From IMG/VR virus record IMGVR_UViG_3300028792_000003, positions 27,794 through 91,793 of that record: a stretch of 64,000 bases of DNA; one strand, given 5' to 3'. This document shows positions 1 to 9,890 of this stretch, in pieces (positions within the stretch are counted from its first letter, which is position 1; each line of letters opens with the position of its first letter). A program made the position numbers and the translations under genes. Below the pieces are notes generated by a model. It saw nothing but the letters and a program-made list of their open reading frames with translations, was not told the origin of the DNA and searched no databases. This DNA comes from a virus (lineage: Duplodnaviria > Caudoviricetes).

Positions 1-677
1 TGCTGATCAACGAGATGAACTTCCTGCCGGAACGGATCAGCACGGTCCTGTTCGGTCCCACGGACAGCCGCCGCGCTCTGACCCTGATGGACCACAAGGG
101 CGAGGTGCTGAAGGCTCACCGGCCCACGGTGCTGAAGCGTCGTGGCGACCAGATGATCCCGATCACCTGCTGGTGCGACTCCCCGGAGTCGGACGACTGC
201 AAGTCGAAGTGGGTGATCATCATCGGGGACATGAACCCGGACTACGAGGGCACCCGTCCGCTGAACAAGGCGTTCCGTAACCGGTTCGCGGTGCAGTTGC
301 AGTTCGACTACGACTCGGCGGTCGAGAAGTTGCTGATCAAGTCTGCAAGCCTTCGCATCATGGCTAACGACATCCGCAGCGACGACCAGTACGAGACCCC
401 GGTCGCCACCAACATGCTGATCGAGTTCGAGTCCCAGTGCGAGGTGCTGGGCATCGAGTTCGCCAAGTCGAACTTCATCAACCACTTCTCTCCGGAGGAG
501 CGCGATGTCGTGAAGGTCGTCATCGAAGCCTATGCGGACAACATCGAGTCGGAACTGTCCGACGAGATCGAGGCCGACGACGAGGACGACAGCAACGCTG
601 ATGCGGTTCCGTCCGTCGATGACGATGCCATCGAGGTGGACGAAGACACGTTCGACTGGGTTCAGACCACGGCCTGA
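1..677 (+). CDS. MoxR/CbbQ-like AAA+ ATPase, C-terminal part (5' truncated by the window)
   Basis: Walker B-like LINEMN, sensor-1 GDMNPDYEG, Arg-finger LNKAFRNRF; immediately upstream of a VWA gene. Confidence 0.8.
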   Translation, partial: LINEMNFLPERISTVLFGPTDSRRALTLMDHKGEVLKAHRPTVLKRRGDQMIPITCWCDSPESDDCKSKWVIIIGDMNPDYEGTRPLNKAFRNRFAVQLQFDYDSAVEKLLIKSASLRIMANDIRSDDQYETPVATNMLIEFESQCEVLGIEFAKSNFINHFSPEERDVVKVVIEAYADNIESELSDEIEADDEDDSNADAVPSVDDDAIEVDEDTFDWVQTTA

Positions 678-691
678 AGAAGAGGAACAAC

Positions 692-2824
692 ATGAACAAC
701 AACACCGTAGCGGAAATCAACGCCGACTTTCTGATCGACCAGCAGGAGCAGGCCGCGCGACTTGCGGGAATGTTGTCTGTCTTCGAGCGGGCCGACAAGA
801 CCCTCTCCGGCCAGAAGGTCAGCACCGCCATCGTGAACGAGCCGCGCAAGGGTGCTCCGGCCTGGTCCGACGGTCAGACGATCACCTTCAACGCCGCCAA
901 GATCGGGGAGGTGGCCACGACCGACGACCTGATCAAGATCACCGGCCTGAACTTCCACGAACTCGCGCACGTCATGTACACGCCCCGGGTGAAGTCCTGG
1001 CTCGGTCAGGAGGTCGCCAACGCCGGGTGCTGGTACGTGTTCAACATGCTGGAGGACCAGCGGATCGAGACGTTCATGTCGGCCCGCTACCTGTCCACCA
1101 AGGCGTACTTCAACATGGTGGTGCTGAAGTTCCTCTTGAACGACCCGTCCAACTGGAGCGAGCAGCACGTCCTTACCTACGGTCGCCGGTACCTGCCGCA
1201 GAAGGTCCGGGACGAGATGCAGCGTCGGTTCAAGGACCAGAAGAAGGTGCCGCGCATCAACTCGCTGATCGACCGCTACCGGGTGCTGTCCTTCCCGGCA
1301 GACGACCGTGAGGCGCTGGCCATCATCAAGGAGTTCAAGGCGCTGCTGGTGCAGACCGACACCACGCCGGAAGACCCCTTCGGTCACGACAGCAAGGGAT
1401 GCCGCCCGAACATCACTCAGGGTGACGCCTATGACCAGGACCAGCAGGACGACACCAAGTCCTGGGTTGACTACCGGGACGAGGAGCAGGCCGACCAGGA
1501 CGACGAGGAGTCAGATGACTTTGATGACTCTGACGACTCTGACGACTGGGATGACGCTGCTGGTGACGCTGGTGACCACGACGGTGCAGAAGCCGACGAG
1601 GACGCCGATGTCAGCCAGGAAGACGGCCAGGGTGGTGCCGGTGACGAAGAGGGCGACGACTCCGAGGAGGGCAATGACTCCGACGACGCTGGCAGTGACG
1701 GCGCTGCTGGTGATGATGACGACGAGGAGTCTTCTAGTGACTCTGACTCGTCTGGCCAGGATGGCGACCGGGGTGGCGATGAACTCACGGACACGGACGG
1801 CTCAGGGTCGGGCGACCAGTCCGACTCCGACTCGCAGCAGCAGAGCGACGGCGGGCAGTCCGACTCCGGCAAGGGCGCTGGTACCGGCAGCACGGGTAAT
1901 CACTACGGTGACCTGACCGACGACGAGTTCGAGAAGGCGATGCAGGACGTCTACAACGACATCGCCAATCAGCCCGACGTCCGGTCCGACATCAAGGACA
2001 AGGAAAAGGCCATTGAGAAGACGGTCGGCAAGTCGCCGTCGTTGGCCAAACTGCCCCACATGATGACGCCGATCACTCCGGACTACCGGCTTGCCGCTCG
2101 TCGGTTTGCCAAGGAACTGTCTCGGATGTGGGCGGATGCCGACCCGGCGTGGGACTCGCATCGTGCCAGTGGACGGGTCAACATCCAGCGCGCCATGCAC
2201 GGTCACGACATCGACACCGTGTTCGACGCCTGGGAAGAGGGCAAGCAGGACGCCAACGACATCGACATGGTGATGCTGGTGGACTACTCGGTCAGCATGC
2301 GTACGCAGATGAACGATGCGTCCAAGTCTCTGTGGGCGATCAAGCGCGCCGTCGAAGAGATTCGCGGCGAGGTCACCGTCATCGGCTACGACGACAAGAC
2401 GCCCACCGTGATGTACGACCGCTACGAGAAGGCAAGCCCGACTCATTACCGGCGTTTCATGGAAGGCGCCTACACCGACCCGGCACAGGCGTTGGCGGAG
2501 GCGTACACCATCCTGAAGCACAGCCGGGCCAAGCACCGGATCGTGCTGATCCTGACGGACGGTGCCTGGGGCAACTACGAGGTGTGCAACACGCTGGTCA
2601 AGAAGATCAATGCCACCACCATCACCACGGCGTTGGGCTTCCTCGCTGACGACATAGACAAGCGGGTTCTGGACCAGATGACGGCGGATGCCAAGGAGAC
2701 CGGTGACGACACGGCCTTGCAGGAGCAGAAGTTCCACTACTGCAAGGCAGCGTCTGTCTTCCAGGATGCTGCTGGCCTGACTGCTCTGGCCAAGGCCGTC
2801 GTGAAGCAGGCGATGAAGGAGTGA
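692..2824 (+). CDS. VWA-domain protein with N-terminal HExxH metallopeptidase-like domain and acidic linker (CobT-like AAA partner)
   Basis: FHELAH and FNMLEDQRIE motifs; MIDAS DYSVSM, YTDP, ILTDG. Confidence 0.85.
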   Translation: MNNNTVAEINADFLIDQQEQAARLAGMLSVFERADKTLSGQKVSTAIVNEPRKGAPAWSDGQTITFNAAKIGEVATTDDLIKITGLNFHELAHVMYTPRVKSWLGQEVANAGCWYVFNMLEDQRIETFMSARYLSTKAYFNMVVLKFLLNDPSNWSEQHVLTYGRRYLPQKVRDEMQRRFKDQKKVPRINSLIDRYRVLSFPADDREALAIIKEFKALLVQTDTTPEDPFGHDSKGCRPNITQGDAYDQDQQDDTKSWVDYRDEEQADQDDEESDDFDDSDDSDDWDDAAGDAGDHDGAEADEDADVSQEDGQGGAGDEEGDDSEEGNDSDDAGSDGAAGDDDDEESSSDSDSSGQDGDRGGDELTDTDGSGSGDQSDSDSQQQSDGGQSDSGKGAGTGSTGNHYGDLTDDEFEKAMQDVYNDIANQPDVRSDIKDKEKAIEKTVGKSPSLAKLPHMMTPITPDYRLAARRFAKELSRMWADADPAWDSHRASGRVNIQRAMHGHDIDTVFDAWEEGKQDANDIDMVMLVDYSVSMRTQMNDASKSLWAIKRAVEEIRGEVTVIGYDDKTPTVMYDRYEKASPTHYRRFMEGAYTDPAQALAEAYTILKHSRAKHRIVLILTDGAWGNYEVCNTLVKKINATTITTALGFLADDIDKRVLDQMTADAKETGDDTALQEQKFHYCKAASVFQDAAGLTALAKAVVKQAMKE

Positions 2825-3618
2825 ACGTGCAAGTTGGTGAGCGGGTGGTGATCCGCAGCGCCGACCCATGCAACGGCCGCGCCGGGAGTGTTGTACGAAT
2901 CAGCAACACTCCCGGCCTTGGCGATGTAACGGCGCATGTCGCTCTTGACTGGCAGCCCGGGGACGGGCCGCAAAACATCGTCTACTCGGCCACACTCGCG
3001 CAAGTGGAGAAGGAATACATGGCCAGCCAAAAACTAGATCGGGATGCCAAGATCGCCAGTTGGGATGCCGATGTCCCCGTGATGCTCGAAGGGATCGAGC
3101 AGGGTTACCTCGACAAGCACATCCGGCAGATCGCCAAGGCTTGCATCGACCGGTACCAGAAGATCAAAGGCTCCGAACTGGTGGCGGTTGCTCAGTCCAG
3201 CCAGGTGAAGACAGGAAGTATCAAGCACCCGGTCAGCAGCGGCAGTCCACAGGATGGAGTGGGGCAGATCGTTGCACCTACGACGATGATCACGGTGGCA
3301 AGCGTCCGGCACAAAGGCAGTGCCTGGGCAACCATCAATGAGACGGACGCTCGCAAGGTGATCCGGAACGACGGGCTGATCCTGCACATCGACCGCCGGG
3401 ACTTCCTGGGCAAGACGATCCGGATTCAGCCTCAGTCGCTGAAAGAGCGCGCCTACGACGGCTTGCGGATCAGGATCGACGCCTGTGGTCCCAAGATGAT
3501 CAAGGTCGCGTTCGTGGACGCTCCCCCGGTTGGGTCGGGCTACGCGAACAAGATCAAAGCAGATGCACCTTGCTTCATGTCGTACAAGGTGCTTGTCCCG
3601 TATCTCGACATCATCTAG
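2821..3618 (+). CDS. hypothetical protein
   Basis: 265-aa ORF with GTGA overlap and AAGGA RBS. Confidence 0.6.
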   Translation: MNVQVGERVVIRSADPCNGRAGSVVRISNTPGLGDVTAHVALDWQPGDGPQNIVYSATLAQVEKEYMASQKLDRDAKIASWDADVPVMLEGIEQGYLDKHIRQIAKACIDRYQKIKGSELVAVAQSSQVKTGSIKHPVSSGSPQDGVGQIVAPTTMITVASVRHKGSAWATINETDARKVIRNDGLILHIDRRDFLGKTIRIQPQSLKERAYDGLRIRIDACGPKMIKVAFVDAPPVGSGYANKIKADAPCFMSYKVLVPYLDII

Positions 3619-3630
3619 TAGGGGAACAAG

Positions 3631-3879
3631 ATGGGCGACGTCATCAACATCACCAACAAGGTAGCCCCTCGCCAGGACGAGGAACTCCGCAACCTGGCCA
3701 GACGGTTGGTGGGCAAACTCGCCACCCTGGACACGGCTCGGCTGGACACGCCACTGCTCCAGCCGTTGGATGTCTGGTCCGACTTGGAAGACGAGTACCA
3801 GATCATCCTCCAGAAGATCGCGGACATCAACATCCGGGTCTATCGGTTGTGCAACCAGAAGTCGCTGGTGTTCACGTGA
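3631..3879 (+). CDS. hypothetical protein
   Basis: RBS and phage-like codon usage. Confidence 0.6.
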   Translation: MGDVINITNKVAPRQDEELRNLARRLVGKLATLDTARLDTPLLQPLDVWSDLEDEYQIILQKIADINIRVYRLCNQKSLVFT

Positions 3880-4018
3880 CCAGGGAAGAGCGAGTTCGGG
3901 TCAGGCGGGACATCCGCAGGCGCAGGGCCGCGAAGAAGAACCAGAACACCCTCACCCCGCTTCAGTCCCGACTGATGCGAGACGCCTACCAGCAGATCGA
4001 TAAGAGAGAGAGCCAGCG

Positions 4019-4441
4019 ATGACGCTGACCAAGAAGCGCAAGGTTCCATCCAACAAGGCTGAGAAGATCGTCGTGCTCGACGGGCTGTTGTCCGACATCG
4101 AGGAGCGCCGCAAGGCGGTCAAGATCCTGAACGAAGAGATCAAGGACAGGCAGGACGAGGCCATCGTCCTGATGGAAGACCTGCACCTGGACAAGCACTC
4201 GACCAAGTTGCCCAACGGCGACACCGCGCGGGCTGCGCTGGTCAAGTCGTCCACCACGGTGCTGGACGAGGAGCGGTTGAAGAAGAAGGTCGGCGTCGCG
4301 CTGTGGAACAAGGTCACGTCCCGCGTGCTCGACAAGGCGAAGTTGGACGCCTACGTCAAGTCGGGTGACATCAAGGCAACGGTGATCGCGGACTGCATCA
4401 CCGAGAAGCCCCGCAGTCCGTTCATCAAGATCACCATCTGA
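4019..4441 (+). CDS. hypothetical coiled-coil phage protein
   Basis: strong codon bias, ATGA overlap. Confidence 0.7.
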   Translation: MTLTKKRKVPSNKAEKIVVLDGLLSDIEERRKAVKILNEEIKDRQDEAIVLMEDLHLDKHSTKLPNGDTARAALVKSSTTVLDEERLKKKVGVALWNKVTSRVLDKAKLDAYVKSGDIKATVIADCITEKPRSPFIKITI

Positions 4442-4469
4442 TCCAAGACATCCAGAAGGGCAGCGGCGG

Positions 4470-4886
4470 ATGCCACTCCAGAAGAAGAAGACAGCCAGCA
4501 AGCCGGTGCGCAGGAAGCCCGGGGCCTGCGACCACCAGAAGGCTTCTCCTTGCTGGAAGGTGAAGATGCCGGACAAGGACTACCACTGGCCCGACGAGGA
4601 CGGTGCGGTGATGTTCGCCTGCCGACACAGCAGGGAACTTGCAGTTGGCTCGACCGTGTTCGACCCGCTGGGCAACGTCGTCGTTCAGTTCGGTCCCCGG
4701 GAGTACGACACCGCCAAGTACCGAAGGCACTCCAGTCTGATCGCTGGCAACGTGCTGAACCGGCTGGACGACTTGCAGGCGGAAGCAGCCAAGGCCCGCC
4801 GTGAGCGACTGGCTCCCACCACGAAGAAGATTGCCCCTGTCAAGAAGGCGGCAGCCAAGAAGCCACTGAGAAAGAAGGTCGGCTGA
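4470..4886 (+). CDS. hypothetical basic protein
   Basis: tight packing; Lys-rich termini. Confidence 0.65.
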   Translation: MPLQKKKTASKPVRRKPGACDHQKASPCWKVKMPDKDYHWPDEDGAVMFACRHSRELAVGSTVFDPLGNVVVQFGPREYDTAKYRRHSSLIAGNVLNRLDDLQAEAAKARRERLAPTTKKIAPVKKAAAKKPLRKKVG

Positions 4887-5749
4887 TGATCCGGAAGAAG
4901 AAGACCCTTCGCAAGAAGGAGGTGACCAAGGAGCAGGCGGGCAAGCCTGCCGAGAAGCCGGTCGAGAAGCAGCGGCTGTGGAACCCGGCAGCCCGCACCA
5001 TGAGCGACATCAAGAAGATGAAGTTGCTCGCGCCCAAGGACGCACCGTCGCACTTCCCGAAGTTCGACTCGAAGATGCTCCCGGGCACCTACTTCCGGAT
5101 GGACGGCAAGATGGTGGACTCGCTGGTCACCGTCTTCCCGGACGGGGTGCACTGCTCGTGGTCCACCTGCGGCAGATGTCTTGGCACCATCGACTCGTGC
5201 AACTGCAAGGCCGGGATGGTCCACACCCAGGGCATCGAATGGATCTACATCCGGACGCTGCTCTGGAAGGAGAAGGTCTTCGACAGTTCGGACCGGGTGA
5301 CGGCAGACCACCACGAGGTCACCAGCCGGGGCCTGTACTGGTACGCGCCCAAGGCGTCCCGGGTCGGGAATCACCCGGTCGCACTCGGCGGCAGGAAGCC
5401 CATGGTCAGCAGTCCGGTCGCTGTTGGTAGCGCTACCGGGAAGAAGACCCTGCGGAAGAAGGGCCAGCCTCTGCCCGCAGAAGCCCGTCAGGTGGTCCAG
5501 AAGCCGTCAACCGGCACCGGGGCACCCCGGACCGCTGCCAAGCCCGCAGAACGGCGTACAGCGGCTCAGGTGCCTGCTCCGGTGAGCCTGGCAGAACTGA
5601 ACCGGGACGCTGCGAGCAGGTCGGACGAACTGGAGGCTGCTTTCTCCAGCGCAACCAGCAGTGCTGGCAGCAAGAAGAAGCCGCTTCGCAAGAGGGCTGG
5701 CCAGAACAACAACAACATGAGCAAGAAGCCACTCAGGAAGAAGGGCTAG
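4886..5749 (+). CDS. hypothetical basic protein with Cys cluster
   Basis: TGATG overlap; CxxxCxxC...CxC; repeated KKxLRK motifs. Confidence 0.7.
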   Translation: MIRKKKTLRKKEVTKEQAGKPAEKPVEKQRLWNPAARTMSDIKKMKLLAPKDAPSHFPKFDSKMLPGTYFRMDGKMVDSLVTVFPDGVHCSWSTCGRCLGTIDSCNCKAGMVHTQGIEWIYIRTLLWKEKVFDSSDRVTADHHEVTSRGLYWYAPKASRVGNHPVALGGRKPMVSSPVAVGSATGKKTLRKKGQPLPAEARQVVQKPSTGTGAPRTAAKPAERRTAAQVPAPVSLAELNRDAASRSDELEAAFSSATSSAGSKKKPLRKRAGQNNNNMSKKPLRKKG

Positions 5750-5753
5750 CGCG

Positions 5754-6461
5754 ATGAACGACACCAACACCACCACCATCAAGACCAAGACGAAGCCGGT
5801 ACTCGACAGTTTCCTGCTGCGCGACCTGATCATGTGGGCAGACAAGGACGAGAAGGCGATTCAGCACAAGGCTGCTCTGGCCGGTATCAAGTGGGACCAA
5901 AGCGACTGGGCCAGGGAGACCCGCAACGGCGTCTGTAAGACTGCCTGCTGCATCGCGGGTGCAGCGGTGCTGGCCACCGGCTTGGGGCTGTTGTTCGAAG
6001 GAGACGAAGGGGAGAAGAGCCGGACCGCTTACGGGTGTGCGCCGCTGGTTCCTTCCGACGAGTTGGACGACAAGGGCAAGCCGGTGATGGTCCCGGACCG
6101 TGATCAGTTCCGGTCTATCAACATGGGCGGCAGGCAGGCACTCGGGTTGACTGAATACGAGGCCGACTACCTGTTCAACGGCGATAACGACCTCGCCACT
6201 GTTGCCGCCATCGCGGAACGGATCGCGGAACGCCGGGGCATCAACCTGTCTCTGCCGACGAAACTGCACGACCTTGCCCGGACGGTGCACCTGTGCCGAA
6301 CGGACGGCGACAACCCTTGTGTTCAGAAGACCCGAGGCAGTGACATGTACGAGTACGACGTCTGTGACAAGTACATGGGCACGTACCGCTACCGGCTCAT
6401 GGACTGGGACAACCCGCCCGAGGCGCACGAGTTCAACCAGTTCGATCTGGTCGGGGGCTGA
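5754..6461 (+). CDS. hypothetical protein (CKTACCIAG motif)
   Basis: WxQxxW...CxTxxCIAG pattern seen in actinophage hypotheticals. Confidence 0.7.
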   Translation: MNDTNTTTIKTKTKPVLDSFLLRDLIMWADKDEKAIQHKAALAGIKWDQSDWARETRNGVCKTACCIAGAAVLATGLGLLFEGDEGEKSRTAYGCAPLVPSDELDDKGKPVMVPDRDQFRSINMGGRQALGLTEYEADYLFNGDNDLATVAAIAERIAERRGINLSLPTKLHDLARTVHLCRTDGDNPCVQKTRGSDMYEYDVCDKYMGTYRYRLMDWDNPPEAHEFNQFDLVGG

Positions 6462-6466
6462 TCTCG

Positions 6467-6805
6467 GTGGCGCGCAGGATGCAAGTCCAACTGCGAGAAC
6501 CGCAGAAGAAGGTGGCATCCGTCACCGATCTGTCGGACGACGCACTGGAGTGCAGGTTCAGCAACCGGCACGCACTGGTGCGGACCAACGAAGGGAACGT
6601 GGTCACCAACACCCGGAAGGAGGTCATCGAGTTCACCCGGTATCTGCGCTGCATGGTGTGCGGGTTGGAGCAGGCGAAGACATTCTCGGTGCCTGATTTC
6701 CGGTGCATCAAGACAATCCCGCACTACCCGGACGACTACCTGATGCAGCACCGGCTGGACAGGAACGAAGCACGGATGGAATACGTCAGGAGGCACTTCA
6801 AGTGA
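6467..6805 (+). CDS. hypothetical Zn-binding protein
   Basis: C..H...CxxC pattern. Confidence 0.6.
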   Translation: MARRMQVQLREPQKKVASVTDLSDDALECRFSNRHALVRTNEGNVVTNTRKEVIEFTRYLRCMVCGLEQAKTFSVPDFRCIKTIPHYPDDYLMQHRLDRNEARMEYVRRHFK

Positions 6806-7149
6806 CAGGCGCAGACACCAGCACCAACCGGTTGCAGTTCAAGTTCACGGACTCGGTAGAGATATCCGAAGAGGAGGGACAGTTCAGTGACGAGATCATG
6901 CTGATCCTGGACCTGGCGATGGAGGACTTCGCAGAACTGCACACCATGAAGGTGGAGTTCCACGGCCACCCGATGATGGTGGTCGGCTTGTACCAGGAAG
7001 ACGTGGACAGCGACAAGGAGAGCCACTTCCGTCCGCTGATCCTGATCCCGGACGCGCACACCATGCGGGGTTGCGTCGAACCGCTGAACCCAGATGTGAA
7101 CAAGGTTCCGCTGTCCAACGAGAACGAGACGAAGGAGACGGATGGCTGA
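6802..7149 (+). CDS. hypothetical acidic protein
   Basis: GTGA overlap with AGGAGG RBS. Confidence 0.6.
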   Translation: MTGADTSTNRLQFKFTDSVEISEEEGQFSDEIMLILDLAMEDFAELHTMKVEFHGHPMMVVGLYQEDVDSDKESHFRPLILIPDAHTMRGCVEPLNPDVNKVPLSNENETKETDG

Positions 7150-7411
7150 TGCCAATACTCAGGGGGCGTGGCCGGGAGCCGCCGCTATTCGCAAGGGGAT
7201 GCCACCGGGTTGGAACACCCGGCAGCAAGTCGCGGATGCGTGCAACCGAACACTGGACACGATTCAGCGGTGGGAGAAAGAGGGAGTCTGCCGCCCAGGT
7301 CGCTACGAGCAACGTGGACAGTTGCTCATTCCGCTGTACTCCGATCAGCAGATGGCTCTGCTGGTGGAAGTGGCAGCGACTATGAAGCCCGGTCGCAAGA
7401 AGGCCGAGTGA
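7142..7411 (+). CDS. MerR-like helix-turn-helix DNA-binding protein
   Basis: TRQQVADACNRTLDTIQRWEKEG...PLYSDQQM matches the MerR/excisionase HTH pattern. Confidence 0.75.
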   Translation: MADANTQGAWPGAAAIRKGMPPGWNTRQQVADACNRTLDTIQRWEKEGVCRPGRYEQRGQLLIPLYSDQQMALLVEVAATMKPGRKKAE

Positions 7412-7436
7412 GCCTCGCCAACAACAACATGAAAGC

Positions 7437-7715
7437 GTGGACCAGATCATGCGCGAAGTCGTCGTGGTGTTCAAGTGCGACATCGACAAGGAGACGGTGA
7501 CCGACGAGGCCGACCTCGTGGAGCGCACCTTCACCTGGGACCGGATCAACTACAAGTTCGAGTACGGCCCGTGCTGCGCACGAACGGTCGAGGACGGGAA
7601 GTTGACGATCCGCCAGTTGCTCGAATGTGCCGTCAAGGTCAGCAAGGTTCCGGGGCGGGTTCCCGGGGCTAAGAACAAGAAGGTTGCGGCATCCAAGTCC
7701 GCAGCCGGGAAGTAG
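7437..7715 (+). CDS. Lsr2-like protein, dimerisation domain only
   Basis: VVVVFKCDID...TFTWDRINYKFE resembles the Lsr2 N-terminus (VTVTLVDDFD...EFGLDGVTYEID); no RGR AT-hook domain. Confidence 0.5.
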   Translation: MDQIMREVVVVFKCDIDKETVTDEADLVERTFTWDRINYKFEYGPCCARTVEDGKLTIRQLLECAVKVSKVPGRVPGAKNKKVAASKSAAGK

Positions 7716-7723
7716 AGGGGTTC

Positions 7724-8026
7724 ATGCAGTACCGCATCGTGACCGAGGTCTTCGTGGAGAACGAGGACGGCTGGACACGCAAGGAAGCCTCCATCGGGGA
7801 GACGGTGGACGCCGAGTCGTTCAGCGAGGCGCTCCCCAAGTTCAACCTGGCGCTCAACGACCAGTGGAACAAGGTCGCTGAGATGGCGTCCATGATCGAC
7901 GCCCAACCGGAGTCCAGCAAGACCGAGCCGGAGAAGGAGACGGACAACAACATCACGATCACGATGCCGGACGGCAGGACGGTCCAGGCACTGATCCTTC
8001 CCGACCACCTCAACAACAACCAGTAG
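7724..8026 (+). CDS. hypothetical protein
   Basis: GAGGGG RBS, codon bias. Confidence 0.65.
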   Translation: MQYRIVTEVFVENEDGWTRKEASIGETVDAESFSEALPKFNLALNDQWNKVAEMASMIDAQPESSKTEPEKETDNNITITMPDGRTVQALILPDHLNNNQ

Positions 8027-8040
8027 GAAGGCCAACACCA

Positions 8041-8775
8041 ATGGCTGTCAAGAAGAAGAGCACGATCAAGGGCGGAGAGGTCGGTAGCGTCAAGGCGCTC
8101 CGCAAGTCCCTGAAGCGTGGCACGGGCACCACGTTCCTGAAGAACGTCCCGGACGAAGGTATCAACGTCCGGTTCCTCACCGAGCCGGACAAGTGGGTCG
8201 AGTACTACGAGCACTACGACGAGGACCGTACCGACAGCCGGTACTTCCCGTGCTCGGAGGACTGCGAGGGCTGCGAGAAGAACCTGCGCAAGTCCAAGCG
8301 GTACCTGACCAACGCGCTTGACCTGGACGACGGTCAGAAGGTCATCCCGCTGAAGTTGCCCGCCTCCCTGGCGGGGATGCTGCTGAAGCGGTTCGACAAG
8401 TTCGACACGATGATGGACCGCGACTACGAACTCTCCAAGGAGGGGTCGGGTCTCGACACCGAGTACAGCGAGGCGTACGAGTCCCCGAAGAAGCGGAACC
8501 TGTCCAAGTTCGAGTTGCTCGACCTTTGGTCGATCCTGGAGGGCCAGTTGAACGGCTCTGACGAGGACGACGAGGAAGAGGACGACGACGACACTCCTGT
8601 GCGCAAGGTCACCAAGGGTGGCAGTGCCAAGGGTGTGAAGAAGAAGCCCGTCGTTGACGACGACGAGGACGACGATGACGAGGACGAGGACGACGAGCCG
8701 GTCGTCAAGAAGCGCGTCGTCAAGAAGAAGCCGGGCAGCAAGCCCGTCAAGAAGTCCATCAAGAAGAAGAAGTGA
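8041..8775 (+). CDS. single-stranded DNA-binding protein (gp32-like)
   Basis: VRFL...YYEHY...CSEDCEGC...RDYELSKEGSGLDTEY; acidic and basic tail; replication context. Confidence 0.7.
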   Translation: MAVKKKSTIKGGEVGSVKALRKSLKRGTGTTFLKNVPDEGINVRFLTEPDKWVEYYEHYDEDRTDSRYFPCSEDCEGCEKNLRKSKRYLTNALDLDDGQKVIPLKLPASLAGMLLKRFDKFDTMMDRDYELSKEGSGLDTEYSEAYESPKKRNLSKFELLDLWSILEGQLNGSDEDDEEEDDDDTPVRKVTKGGSAKGVKKKPVVDDDEDDDDEDEDDEPVVKKRVVKKKPGSKPVKKSIKKKK

Positions 8776-8792
8776 ACGAGGGAGATACGGAC

Positions 8793-9617
8793 ATGACCAA
8801 GACCACCACCACCACGCAGGGTGACCTGGACGCGCTGCTCGCCACCGTCCACGCCGCCATCGGTTCGTACCTGGGTATCGACGGCACCGTGACCGTCGTG
8901 CAGGACGGCGAGGCAGAGCCTGCCGTTGAGGCTGCTCCGGCTGCCAAGGGCAAGGGCAAGAAGGCTGCTCGCCCGGCTCCGGTCAAGGAGGAGAAGGCTG
9001 TTGCTCCTGCCAAGACGGAGAAGGCTCGCCGCAAGCAGTTGGCCGGGATGGACGACGACGCCCTGCGCGCCCTGTGCGTCGGTTACGACTATGAGGACGC
9101 GGACGTTGCTGACGCTGACACCTCGGACCTGATCGACGCCATCCTCGGTGAGGAGTTCCCCGCCGACGCCGACGAGGCCGAGGAGACGGAGGAGGCTGAC
9201 GACTCCGACGAGGACGAGGCAGAGGACGACGACGAGGAGGACGACGACGACGAGGAGAAGGAGGAGGGTGACTCCCGCGAGTCGCTGTCTGGTCTCAACC
9301 TCCGCGAGTTGAAGGCCAAGGCGAAGGAGGCTGGTTACGCAACCAGCGACCTGAAGAACATGGACCAGGACGCGATCATCGACCTGCTGCTGGACGAAGC
9401 AGAGGACGAGGACGCCGACGAGGAGGAGCCCGAGGACGAGGACGACGAGTCCGACGAGGCTGCTGACGACGAGGAGGAGGCCGACGAGGAGGAGTGGTAC
9501 TCCGAGGCGCAGTTGAAGGCCATGTCCATCAAGGAACTCCGCGACCTGGCTGACGAGTACGAGATCGAGCACGACGGTCTGAAGAAGGCTGATCTCGTCG
9601 CCGCCCTGGTGGAGTGA
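8793..9617 (+). CDS. very acidic protein with three Rho-N/HeH-like helical repeats
   Basis: repeats MDDDALRALC, LNLRELKAKAKEAG, MSIKELRDLADEYEI...KKADLVAAL. Confidence 0.7.
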   Translation: MTKTTTTTQGDLDALLATVHAAIGSYLGIDGTVTVVQDGEAEPAVEAAPAAKGKGKKAARPAPVKEEKAVAPAKTEKARRKQLAGMDDDALRALCVGYDYEDADVADADTSDLIDAILGEEFPADADEAEETEEADDSDEDEAEDDDEEDDDDEEKEEGDSRESLSGLNLRELKAKAKEAGYATSDLKNMDQDAIIDLLLDEAEDEDADEEEPEDEDDESDEAADDEEEADEEEWYSEAQLKAMSIKELRDLADEYEIEHDGLKKADLVAALVE

Positions 9618-9633
9618 AATACTCCATCTGACT

Positions 9634-9890
9634 AGACCCCGCTAGGCACGCCGCACGGCTCAACGGTCTCGCCCTGTCAAAAGGGCGGGTACCGATCCCG
9701 TGGCAAATACCGCTGGAAGTGGCGGGGCGTGCCTAGCGGTCTCAGACGCCACCCCGGCAAGTACGCGTTGACCAAACAGGACTCCCCCGTGCCTGGCGGT
9801 CGCTGCAACCTTGCCGGGGTGGTCCTGTGGTAGCCCGGTGCCAGGCCGTGCCCCCACTGCCACCCCAAGGGCATCGGGCTACCTCACGAC
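9634..9890 (+). ncRNA. candidate structured RNA / 5' leader of dnaE
   Basis: three consecutive 13-14 bp stems (9639-9652/9726-9739; 9749-9761/9810-9822; 9829-9842/9870-9883) in a 317-nt intergenic gap. Confidence 0.55.

Noticed and set aside
1440-1900. GAC/GAG-rich repeats (also 8560-8700, 9170-9500, 58960-59300)
   Set aside because: Explained by Asp/Glu-rich protein linkers
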